Part shown: piece by piece, positions 20,332 through 29,129 of the stretch
Numbering within the stretch: position 1 is the first letter of the stretch
Layout of the letters: every line of letters starts with the position of its first letter
Source of the DNA: Armatimonadota bacterium
Lineage (GTDB): Bacteria; Armatimonadota; HRBIN16
Length of the DNA stretch: 64,000 nt
NCBI GenBank assembly: GCA_963677485.1
Contig: OY781964.1
Coordinates: forward strand, 3,360,001 to 3,424,000
Direction of reading: 5' to 3'
Program-made: the position numbers and the translations under genes
The notes under the pieces: generated by a model
The model's database searches: none
The model's input: only the letters and a program-made list of their open reading frames with translations
What the model was told of the DNA's origin: nothing

Positions 20332-20398
20332 AGCCATTGTAGGGGCATGGCGGGCCGTGCCCAAGAGCCATTGTAGGGGCAGGCCCCCGTGCCTGCCC
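20332..20398 (+). repeat. two tandem GTAG-type REP hairpins
   Basis: agccattgtaggggca at 20332 and 20366, each followed by a gggca...tgccc stem. Confidence 0.75.
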
Positions 20399-20476
20399 CC
20401 AGCCAGTAACCGCATACGACCCCCGTCCGGGGTAGGTTTATGGCTGCCTTCCAGGGGTTGCGCACCGCTTGGCTGC

Positions 20477-20651
20477 AACTCGATTGGCCATGTCCGGGGC
20501 GGTCTGTCATTACGCCTGCGGAAGCCACTGTCTATAGACCGCGCCGGTCTGGTTCCTGACACAAATCGTTCAGGGCTATCCGCCAGACCGGCGCGGTCTT
20601 GAGCCTTCTGCATCCGCTAGCCTACGCACAGACCGCCCCGGACATAGGCAA
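20477..20651 (-). mobile_element. 175-bp MITE-like element, copy 1, with 11-bp flanking direct repeat
   Basis: IR tgtccggggcggtctgt / acagaccgccccggaca; homologous to 26069-26243 and 43283-43457; flanked by cgcttggctgc at 20466-20476 and 20652-20662. Confidence 0.85.
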
Positions 20652-20765
20652 CGCTTGGCTGCAATAGAGGCGAACGGTCAATTCGCATATCTCTCTGTCG
20701 CCTCAGTGTGACGCGTAAGTTACAGCCGTGGCATTTATGCCGCGGGGGACGGTCAGGACAGGGTT

Positions 20766-23750
20766 CTAGTCACCTTTTGCGCCGAAACTCTGGTCAATCA
20801 CCACGTAGTCAAACAGGTTCACGCTGCCGTCGCCATTAAGGTCAGCCATTGAGTCATTGCTGCCGAAGTGGGTATCCAGCTCCACCAGGTCGAACAAGTT
20901 AATTTGCCCATCGCCATCGGCATCACCGTTGACCAGCGACACATTCAGACTGGTGTCAGTTGCGATGTTCGTGGTGTTCAATGACAGGAAGTGGGGGCTG
21001 CTGATCCGTATATCGTAGGGCGGCTGCAGATAGCTTGAAAGCGTGAACCGACCGTCCTGTTGAGGGAATAGGCTGATGGTCTGGCTCACTGCGGGGTCGA
21101 TGTTGCTATTGATGGCGGCTGTGATCCGCTGTTCGGTCGTATTGCCCGTGAAGCTGTTCAACTGAACCTGACCGCTGATACCATGTACTCCACGGATGCC
21201 GGAAATCCGTTTGCCATCTGTCGCTACGGACAGAAAGCCACTATTCGGTGCTGGCACGTCACTAAGTCCAGCGGCACCACTGTCCCATACCAGCACAGAC
21301 CCGTCACGCTTTACGCCGATCGATGTGTTTTCTTTCGCTGCTATCGCGATGAAATCCTGGTTGGGAGCAGGCACGCTGCACTGGCCCAGGGTGTTATATC
21401 CCCAGCATACTACAGAACCATTGTTCTTAAGTCCCACACTGTGCGATAAGCCTGCGGCGACATCGGTGTAGTCCTGGTTCGGCAAGGGCACCTTGGTTGC
21501 GAGATTGGCAGAATAGCCGCCACATCCCACTGAACCATCGCGGGTGAGTGCGACAACATGGTAAAGGCCAGCAGCCACCTTCACATAATCCGGGTTGTCA
21601 GAAGGCACCACACACTGGCCGTAGTAGTTCTGACCCCATCCAATGATGGAGCCGTCACGTTTTAGACCGAATGTGTCGTAATCACCCGCCACAACGGCCA
21701 CGAAGTCTGAATTCGGGGCCGGTACGTTGCACTGGCCCTCACTGTTTCTACCCCAGCAAACAATAGAGCCATCCGTTTTTAAGACGGCGGCATGACGGTC
21801 ACCAGCAGACACCGCGATGACATCGTGGCTTACGTCAGGTGTACCGCTTTGGTCGGTTATGTATCCCCATGTCATGACCGATCCATCCGACTTGAGGCCT
21901 AATGCAAAATCCGAACTCGCAGCGATGGCAGTAAAGGCGTTGTTGGGAACAGGATCCACAATGACCTCCATCCTTCTACCCCATTGGACGACGGTGCCGT
22001 TGCTCTTCAGACCTAAAGTATAACAATTACCTGCAGCGACTGACACAAAACCGCTGTTGGGGGAAGGCACATCCAATTGTCCTGCCCTGTTATCTCCCCA
22101 GCCCACCAAGCTGCCATCTTGTTTCAGGGTGAAGGCATGTATATTTCCTGCGGAGACGGCAGTGATATTGCTGTTCACGGCAGGCCCGTTGCACTGTCCA
22201 TACTGGTTGTCGCCCCAGCAGACAACAGAACCATCGCTCTTCAAACCGACAGTGTATTGAGAGTTTGAGTCGATCGCGGTGAAGTTTTGATTCGGTGTGG
22301 GTATATCGATCTGTCCGTAATAGTTGCGCCCCCAAGCCACTAGTGTCCCATTGAGTCGCAATCCAATAGTAAAATCTTCACCGGCTCCCACACTCATAAA
22401 GTCATGCTCGGGTGGACGCGTGTAGTTCATCGGATAGGCGTTTACACCTTCAGTTTTGGTCCACCTGACCACTGTACTGTCTCGTTTGACTCCTACCATC
22501 ACTCCTTCATTTGCTGAGATGGCTACGAAGTCCTGGTTTGGGAAGGGAATGTTGGCCCAGCTCCCTCCCCAGTTATAGAATCCTGGCTTACCCCAGAACG
22601 CCAGCACACCGTCCTTTTTCAATCCGATGCTAAAAGCATCTCCTGCGGCCACGGCTGTGAAGTCTGTATTGGGCTGAGGTATGTCACACTCACCGCTATT
22701 GTTCTGACCCCATCCGACCACGGAACCATCTTCTTTCAACGCAAGGCTGTGTGCAGTTCCGATTGCCAGTGCGCTGATCTGCTTGTTCTCCCCGGGTATA
22801 CCGCTTTGGCCGTACTGATTACGCCCAGTGGAGATCACAGAGCCGTCGTGCTTCAGGAAGAGATTGTGGTATTCCCCGGCGGCGGCAGCTGTGATTCCCT
22901 CATTGGGCAAAGGCAGGCTGCACTCACCATAGATGTTTCGTCCCCAGCTCACCACGGAGCCGTTACGTTTGATCGCCACAGTGTGTTCGGATCCAGCCGT
23001 GACAGAAGTGAAATCCTGGTTGGGTGAAGGTATGTCAGAACACTGGCTATGGTCATCCATACCCCAGCACACAACGGAACCATCACGCTTTAGCCCAACT
23101 GTATGGTAGTTGCCTGCGGATATGGCCACAAAGCCGGTGTTTGGTGAGGGTGTGACATACTGGCCGAATGTGTCGTCTCCCCAGCTGACCACGGACCCAT
23201 CGCGCGTCAGTCCTACAGTATGACATGCACCGGCTGAAATGGCCACAAAGTCCCCATTGGGAGCTGGCACGCTGCACTGACCGTAGTCATTGTTACCCCA
23301 GCACACCACAGACCCATCGCGTTTGAGCCCGACGGTATGTTGGCTGCCTGCAGCCACTGCAATGAAGTCCTGGTTAGGAGCCGGTACACTGCACTGGCCG
23401 TAGTCGTTGTTTCCCCAGCACTGAATAGAGCCATTCAGTTTCAAGCCTGCGGTATACATACCGCCAGCGGATACCGCATCGAACCCGGAATTTGGTGCAG
23501 GTATGTTGCACTGCCCATCGCTGTTGTCACCCCAGCAGCCTATGGTGCCATCAACCCTGACCCCTACCGAATGCCTGTCTCCTGCATCAACCGAGGTGTA
23601 TCCTGACAACGAGCCGGGCAGTGTGCGCTGGCTTCCCCAGACCTCAACCGTCCCCCCTTGAGTGTATCCAGCGGCGCTGCATATCAGCAGAATGAGCGCT
23701 ACCAGCCAATGATGACTTTTAGGAATCACAACGTCTCGATTTACTTTCAT
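20766..23750 (-). CDS. secreted RCC1/BLIP-II repeat protein with C-terminal dockerin-like (EF-hand pair) domain
   Basis: Signal peptide; about 21 repeats of V.CWG.N..GQC.VP.PN..F.A..AG..H..GLK.DG; C-terminal GDADGDGQINLFD...ADLNGDGSVNLFD. Confidence 0.9.
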   Translation of the reverse strand: MKVNRDVVIPKSHHWLVALILLICSAAGYTQGGTVEVWGSQRTLPGSLSGYTSVDAGDRHSVGVRVDGTIGCWGDNSDGQCNIPAPNSGFDAVSAGGMYTAGLKLNGSIQCWGNNDYGQCSVPAPNQDFIAVAAGSQHTVGLKRDGSVVCWGNNDYGQCSVPAPNGDFVAISAGACHTVGLTRDGSVVSWGDDTFGQYVTPSPNTGFVAISAGNYHTVGLKRDGSVVCWGMDDHSQCSDIPSPNQDFTSVTAGSEHTVAIKRNGSVVSWGRNIYGECSLPLPNEGITAAAAGEYHNLFLKHDGSVISTGRNQYGQSGIPGENKQISALAIGTAHSLALKEDGSVVGWGQNNSGECDIPQPNTDFTAVAAGDAFSIGLKKDGVLAFWGKPGFYNWGGSWANIPFPNQDFVAISANEGVMVGVKRDSTVVRWTKTEGVNAYPMNYTRPPEHDFMSVGAGEDFTIGLRLNGTLVAWGRNYYGQIDIPTPNQNFTAIDSNSQYTVGLKSDGSVVCWGDNQYGQCNGPAVNSNITAVSAGNIHAFTLKQDGSLVGWGDNRAGQLDVPSPNSGFVSVAAGNCYTLGLKSNGTVVQWGRRMEVIVDPVPNNAFTAIAASSDFALGLKSDGSVMTWGYITDQSGTPDVSHDVIAVSAGDRHAAVLKTDGSIVCWGRNSEGQCNVPAPNSDFVAVVAGDYDTFGLKRDGSIIGWGQNYYGQCVVPSDNPDYVKVAAGLYHVVALTRDGSVGCGGYSANLATKVPLPNQDYTDVAAGLSHSVGLKNNGSVVCWGYNTLGQCSVPAPNQDFIAIAAKENTSIGVKRDGSVLVWDSGAAGLSDVPAPNSGFLSVATDGKRISGIRGVHGISGQVQLNSFTGNTTEQRITAAINSNIDPAVSQTISLFPQQDGRFTLSSYLQPPYDIRISSPHFLSLNTTNIATDTSLNVSLVNGDADGDGQINLFDLVELDTHFGSNDSMADLNGDGSVNLFDYVVIDQSFGAKGD

Positions 23751-23761
23751 TATAATCTCCG

Positions 23762-25894
23762 CTAGTTACCCTTCGCGCCGAAATTCTGGTCGATCACGAC
23801 ATAGTCAAACAGGTTCACGCTGCCATCACCGTCAAGGTCAGCCATACCATCGGCACTGCCAAAGTGGGCATCAAGCACCACGATATCGAACAGGTTAATC
23901 TGTCCATCTCCATCGGCATCGCCGTTGACCAGCGAGAGATTCAAACTCTGAGCAGGATCAACATCATTCACTTTAAGGGTCAGGAAGTGAGGGCTGCTCA
24001 TCCGGATGGCGTAAGGAGGCAGCAGGTATGTGGTAAAGCTGTACTGGCCGTCACTACCTGGATGGATATTTATGTCTTGTGTCGCCCCGAAATAGGAGCT
24101 GCTGGAAAGAGTGCTCGTGACCTGTCGCGTTGCGGGATCGCCTTTGAAATCACCAAACTGCATCAGTCCTGTTAGTTGATACGTCGGGCGAATCGCGATA
24201 GTATGTAGCCCACAAGCGGCGATGGCAAGAAATCCTCTGTTTGGGGCGACCATGTTATCTTGCACCACATCGCCGTTACCCCAGCTTACCACGGTACCAT
24301 CATCCTTAAGCCCTACCGAATGTCCATATCCTGCGGCCACAGCGACAAAGTGCGAATTAGGGGACGGCACGTTGAGCTGGCCGTTGTCGTTATTGCCCCA
24401 GCATACGACACTGCCATCATTTTTCAGTCCAACTGTATGCAGATATCCGCCTGCCACGGCTTTGAAGTTCTGATTCGGTGCCGGCACAATGCATTGCCCG
24501 AAGTCTCGCTTTAGCCACCCCTTGTCCAACCCGCCCCAGCACTGCACACTCCCGTCACTCTTTAGTCCGACAGTATGATATGCTCCAGCAGCTATTGCGG
24601 TGAACACCTGTGAAATGACGGTTCCGCTAGAACTGTAGTTTTCGCCCCATATCACTATGTTGCCATTCTTTTTAAGGCCAATAGTATTAATGTATCCCGC
24701 GGCTACGGCTTTGAAATCGGCATTGGGAGCTGGCACGGTGCTCATGTTATTGGCATTACTGCCCCAGCATACCAGTGTGCCGTTTTGTTTTAAACCTACC
24801 GAATGATCCTGCCCAGCGGAAACATCAATGAAACCTTGGTTCGGTGCAGGAATGGTGCTTTCACCAGAGTAGTTCCATCCATATAAAGGAACCAGGGAGC
24901 CGTCGCTCTTCAGTCCAATAGCATGGGAATCTCCCACGGCCACCTTGGTAAAATCTTCATTCGGTTGGATGACATTGCACGCGGCATCGCCACGATATCC
25001 CCAACAGACCACTGTTCCATCTTTCTTTAGGCCTGCGGTGTGATAATCCCCGGCTACTATTGCAGTGAAGTCATAATTTGGGGTGGGTATATCAGCTTGA
25101 CCATCGCTGTTGTCTCCCCAGACCACGAGGGAGCCATCTCGCTTCAGACCGACGGTTTGATACCGTCCTGCCGTCACAGAGGCGAAATCCGCATTGGGTG
25201 AGGGGACATCGCATTGAGCATCATCATTCTCGCCCCAGCAGACCACGGAGCCATCACGCTTGAGCCCAACTGTATAGTTGGCACCCGCGTCAATGGCAAC
25301 GAAATCCTGGTTGGGAAGGGGGATATCGCACTGACCGTATGAGTTATCACCCCAGCAGACAATGGAACCATCTTGTTTTAACCCAACCGAATGGTAGTCG
25401 CCTGCTGATACGGAACCAAAGTTGCTGTTAGGGGCTGGTACATTGGTGTCGCCGTAGTAGTTCCGGCCCCAGCATACCACGGTGCCGTTATTTTTCAACC
25501 CAATCGTATGCTCAGAGCCTGCCGCTACAGCCTTGAAATCAATATTGAGCACTGGCGGGGTACACTGCCCGTAGTCATTTCTGCCCCAACAATAAACCGT
25601 GCTGTCGCGCTTGATACCGACTGTATGGTAACCTCCAGCAGATATCGCTTGAAAGACCGGGCTTGGTGTAGGAAGTGTGCATTGGCCATCACTATTATCG
25701 CCCCAACAACTTACCGTGCCATCTTGCTTAAGCCCAGCGGTATGAGCTGCACCAGCAGCGACGGCGGTAAATCCTGAGAGATCGCCTGGCAGCAGGCGTT
25801 GCCGTCCCCATGCCTCAATAGTTCCGGCATGCGCGCCTGCTGAATATCCGGTAAACAGCAGCAATGCAATCATGATATAGGTGCAGCTTCTCAT
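23762..25894 (-). CDS. secreted RCC1/BLIP-II repeat protein with C-terminal dockerin-like domain (tandem paralog)
   Basis: About 14 repeats with the same consensus and a near-identical C-terminal module; the start at MRSCTYIMIALLLF gives a signal peptide. Confidence 0.9.
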   Translation of the reverse strand: MRSCTYIMIALLLFTGYSAGAHAGTIEAWGRQRLLPGDLSGFTAVAAGAAHTAGLKQDGTVSCWGDNSDGQCTLPTPSPVFQAISAGGYHTVGIKRDSTVYCWGRNDYGQCTPPVLNIDFKAVAAGSEHTIGLKNNGTVVCWGRNYYGDTNVPAPNSNFGSVSAGDYHSVGLKQDGSIVCWGDNSYGQCDIPLPNQDFVAIDAGANYTVGLKRDGSVVCWGENDDAQCDVPSPNADFASVTAGRYQTVGLKRDGSLVVWGDNSDGQADIPTPNYDFTAIVAGDYHTAGLKKDGTVVCWGYRGDAACNVIQPNEDFTKVAVGDSHAIGLKSDGSLVPLYGWNYSGESTIPAPNQGFIDVSAGQDHSVGLKQNGTLVCWGSNANNMSTVPAPNADFKAVAAGYINTIGLKKNGNIVIWGENYSSSGTVISQVFTAIAAGAYHTVGLKSDGSVQCWGGLDKGWLKRDFGQCIVPAPNQNFKAVAGGYLHTVGLKNDGSVVCWGNNDNGQLNVPSPNSHFVAVAAGYGHSVGLKDDGTVVSWGNGDVVQDNMVAPNRGFLAIAACGLHTIAIRPTYQLTGLMQFGDFKGDPATRQVTSTLSSSSYFGATQDINIHPGSDGQYSFTTYLLPPYAIRMSSPHFLTLKVNDVDPAQSLNLSLVNGDADGDGQINLFDIVVLDAHFGSADGMADLDGDGSVNLFDYVVIDQNFGAKGN

Positions 25895-26011
25895 GACTGC
25901 ATTTCGCTTCACGTGACCAGATGTTCTTACCAAAATATTACCATGCCAATCTGAGCTCAACTTTGCCGTGCTCGTGTATCGATTTTGTCAAGCTCATTAT
26001 AACACACAAAC

Positions 26012-26055
26012 AAGCAACTGCCCGTGCTGACACGGCAGCCCAGGCTGTAACTGAT
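26012..26055 (+). repeat. 44-bp double-hairpin anchor motif
   Basis: 38/44 identical to the reverse complement of 63183-63226. Confidence 0.75.
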
Positions 26056-26068
26056 TCGTACCCTTCAA

Positions 26069-26243
26069 TTGCCTAAGTCCGGGGCGGTCTGTGCGCAGGA
26101 TAGCGGCTGCAGAAGGTTCAAGACCGCGCCGGTCTGGCGGTTAGCCACGAAAGATATGTGTCGGGAACAAGACCGGCGCGGTCCATAGACAGTGGCCCCC
26201 GCTGGTTTACTGACAGACCGCCCCGGACATAGCCAACCGAGTT
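26069..26243 (+). mobile_element. 175-bp MITE-like element, copy 2
   Basis: Colinear homolog of copies 1 and 3 with the same terminal and internal inverted repeats. Confidence 0.85.
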
Positions 26244-26361
26244 ATTTACAAGCGATGGCCCGCCAACGCACACTAAAACAAACAGGCACAGAAAACCACG
26301 CAGATATGCAGTACTTGCTTCTGCTGATAATCAGTCAGGCATTGTACGGGATCGCTTTCGG

Positions 26362-27330
26362 CTACACCAACAGCACTTTACCCATGCGTCCGCATTTCAT
26401 GCTGTGGCGAACCGCCTCATGAATCTGTGTCAGGGGGTAGCTGGCCTCTACACGCGGCTCAAAGCGGTGATCAAGCAGCAGGTTCATGACGTCACTCACC
26501 ATCTGGCTGCCATACCGGGCGGAGTTGCTTCGGGCCCAACTTGTCATCCAAAATCCCTTCACCGTCAAGCTTTTGAATATCATCTGGCCGTTATTGATGG
26601 GGGTATTATCACCGCTCAAAAGGCCGTAGACCAGCATAGTGCCTCCCGTGGCCAGCGCATTGATGGCCTCAACACCGCAAAAGCCTCCGACGGCATCTAT
26701 CGCCGCATCTACACCGCGACCATCGGTGATTTCCAGGGCTCGTTTGGCAAACCCTTCGCCAAAGGTGACCACCACCTCGGTCGCACCGAGTTCCTTGAGG
26801 TAGTCCGCCTGGTCTTTTCGTCGCACCACGCAGATGGTGTTGATGCCTCTTTGTGAGGCCAGCCGAACGATCATTTGGCAGAGAGTGCTTCCCCCGGCGG
26901 TCATGGCAAGCCATTGGCCAGGTTTCAGGTTTAGTTCTTGAAGCATCGCCCAGGCACTGCATGGGTTGACGAACATCTGACAGGCGGTGGCATCATTCAT
27001 CTCGTCAGGGATGGGTATGACGGCACTGCTGGGGACGCAAATCCGCTGCTGCCAACTTCCCAGGCCCGTGAAGCTGACCCTCTGGCCTGGCATCAACGGG
27101 CTGTCCTGAGGAGCTGACACAATCCGCCCCATGCCCTCAAACCCGCAAGGCGATGGTAATGGCGGTTTGATGCCGTAGTTTCCTTGGAAAAAGTGCAGAT
27201 CAGATGGATTGATGGGGCGTGCCATCACTTCCACAAGCACCTCGTTGGCCCCCGGTGTTGGTTCGGGCATTTCATTCACCTGAAGACCGGTGAATGGGTC
27301 ACCATATGATATCAACTGCACAGACAGCAT
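26362..27330 (-). CDS. MDR-family NADPH oxidoreductase (enoyl-reductase/quinone reductase-like)
   Basis: PINPSDL, GFEGMG, FVNP, GRGVDAAIDAVGG and GKVLL motifs; no Zn ligands; RBS GAGGAGG before ATG 27330. Confidence 0.88.
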   Translation of the reverse strand: MLSVQLISYGDPFTGLQVNEMPEPTPGANEVLVEVMARPINPSDLHFFQGNYGIKPPLPSPCGFEGMGRIVSAPQDSPLMPGQRVSFTGLGSWQQRICVPSSAVIPIPDEMNDATACQMFVNPCSAWAMLQELNLKPGQWLAMTAGGSTLCQMIVRLASQRGINTICVVRRKDQADYLKELGATEVVVTFGEGFAKRALEITDGRGVDAAIDAVGGFCGVEAINALATGGTMLVYGLLSGDNTPINNGQMIFKSLTVKGFWMTSWARSNSARYGSQMVSDVMNLLLDHRFEPRVEASYPLTQIHEAVRHSMKCGRMGKVLLV

Positions 27331-27404
27331 GTAGGTACCTCCTCGAAAGTAACGCGACAGCTTTCGGCCGCAGGGCACAACCACTGATACAGCCAGGGAT
27401 GCCG

Positions 27405-27800
27405 TTATCCTTCTATATGCTTGAGGTCAATCTCTGTGGGCGTGACTTTGATCATCGCAAACTCAGGGTGTTTGACTCCTTCTGGGAACACGTTGATGAA
27501 TTCGGGATCGAAGTGAACAGATGCCTCTTTCGGAGTGGCCACAGTGGCTGTACCCCATATGCGCAGGTTGAGGCCATTAGCCCATGCGACGACACAGACT
27601 TTATTGTTCGCCATGATCTCTTTCATCTTCGGTGAACTGCGATGCAGTACATACCAGATGGTGCCGTCGTCGTCCACTTCGGCTGTGCGCATTACACGCA
27701 GATTGGGGCGATCACCATCTACCGTAGCGAGGTAACTAAACATAGAGGCACGTAAATGATTTATGGCCTCTTGCAGCAGCTTAGTCTCAAACATGCTCAT
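27405..27800 (-). CDS. pyridoxamine 5'-phosphate oxidase family (FMN-binding split barrel) protein
   Basis: YLATVDGDRPNLRVM, SPKMKEIMANNKV and LRIWGTA motifs. Confidence 0.85.
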   Translation of the reverse strand: MSMFETKLLQEAINHLRASMFSYLATVDGDRPNLRVMRTAEVDDDGTIWYVLHRSSPKMKEIMANNKVCVVAWANGLNLRIWGTATVATPKEASVHFDPEFINVFPEGVKHPEFAMIKVTPTEIDLKHIEG

Positions 27801-27819
27801 CACTCCTATCGGCAACTAG

Positions 27820-28359
27820 TTATTTTGAGGGCAGCACTTCTACTGGCACAGTGACGTGGTATTTATGAACAAGAGTCGCACCCAGATGGCCCGCCTGGGC
27901 GATTTTGATGGCACCCAGGCTCCATAAGGCAACGAAGATCAGCGCAATCACGACCGCTGCGACTCGGGACATCTCACGTTTAGAGACGAGTGCAAAAATC
28001 ACAAACAGCGAAAACAGAGCGGTGATGGCCGTGAAAATGTTACGTGCCGATTCAGCAAGTGAAGAATGGGTCTCCAGCGTATCGTCGATCACCTTGCTTA
28101 CGTCAGGCTGGGCTGCCATCGCGGCAGCCACCAGTCCTGCCTTTTCACTGGCTTCACCGCTCATGGTGGCGGCCCATGCTCCCAGGGTGCCCAATATCAG
28201 TATCACCGCTGCTGCACCCCACCAGGCTATCGTGCAGCGTTTGGTAGATAAACCGAGAACTACCAGCACTGGCGCGACCAGCAACAGTGCGATTGGGAAA
28301 TGCACGATGAGAGGATGCAACCCTTCAACTGGTGGCGGTGGCGGCAATAAAAACATCAT
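27820..28359 (-). CDS. DUF2231-family membrane protein
   Basis: LHPLIVHFPIALL and GHLGATLV motifs; four hydrophobic helices. Confidence 0.8.
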   Translation of the reverse strand: MMFLLPPPPPVEGLHPLIVHFPIALLLVAPVLVVLGLSTKRCTIAWWGAAAVILILGTLGAWAATMSGEASEKAGLVAAAMAAQPDVSKVIDDTLETHSSLAESARNIFTAITALFSLFVIFALVSKREMSRVAAVVIALIFVALWSLGAIKIAQAGHLGATLVHKYHVTVPVEVLPSK

Positions 28360-28380
28360 TTGGGCGTTTCTCCTGTGTGG

Positions 28381-28983
28381 TTACTTAACCTTGATGAACT
28401 CTGCTTTCGGTTCGGCGCATATGGGGCAGGTGTTGAATGTGATTTTCGTCACCGCATAGCCGCATCGAGGGCACACATAGTACACCTGCGCTGTCGTCCA
28501 ACCCTTCTTGTTCGCCGTTACACCGCTGATCAGGGTCACCAGATACTTGTCAGTGACCGCCGAACCGCCAAAGGCTATGTTGGCTGACTTTGCACCTTCT
28601 TGAGCCGCGATCTTAAGGTAGGCTGGGTAGTCTTTCTTTACCAGCTTGTTGAGCTGGGCGGTGATGGATTTCATGATTTTGCCCGCATTAGTCTCTGAAG
28701 GTGGCAGGCTGGGCATCATGGTAGCTGTTTTTCCGCCCAGATCCTTGATCGCCTTTTGAATCTTCTTGACATGGACTTGAGCACTGGTGTTGACGGCTTT
28801 CATCACTGAAGCGACACCAAGATTCTTTTGACGTTGTGCGATCATCGCGCAATATGATGAATCCATCAGCACTTGCTTCTCAGAATTCAAGGCCCCTTCC
28901 AGGTTTATTAATGTCTTTACAGGAGCAGCATATGCAGGAATAGTCAGCACGAGTGCTGCGGATACGATCGCCAAGAATTTCAT
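28381..28983 (-). CDS. exported rubrerythrin-like protein with degenerate diiron site and intact rubredoxin domain
   Basis: Signal peptide; KTLINL..A...E and YP.Y...A..EG pattern; C-terminal YVCPRCGY...CPIC. Confidence 0.75.
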   Translation of the reverse strand: MKFLAIVSAALVLTIPAYAAPVKTLINLEGALNSEKQVLMDSSYCAMIAQRQKNLGVASVMKAVNTSAQVHVKKIQKAIKDLGGKTATMMPSLPPSETNAGKIMKSITAQLNKLVKKDYPAYLKIAAQEGAKSANIAFGGSAVTDKYLVTLISGVTANKKGWTTAQVYYVCPRCGYAVTKITFNTCPICAEPKAEFIKVK

Positions 28984-29038
28984 ATTGGTCCTCCACGGAA
29001 TGTTGTAAGTTTATATACCCTTATGTTACCCGATATGA

Positions 29039-29095
29039 ACAAGCGACTTCTCTATGCCGGGTATTGAACATAGAAAAGCCGCTTGTCCTTTTCAA
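29039..29095 (-). promoter_or_regulatory. 18-bp inverted repeat overlapping a sigma70-like promoter
   Basis: Arms at 29039-29056 and 29069-29086; minus-strand TTGAAA-17-TATGTT (29095-29067). Confidence 0.5.
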
Positions 29096-29129
29096 GACAC
29101 TCATGCAGATAGGAAAAGAAACACGGCAT

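Noticed and set aside
19848-20613. ORFs with PYLPR / IGTGK / SSPSL repeats
   Set aside because: These are translations of the 15-bp tandem repeat and the MITE, with no RBS or coding character.
20766-25960. Diversity-generating retroelement target
   Set aside because: No reverse transcriptase or template repeat is present, and differences between the paralog tails are not adenine-specific.
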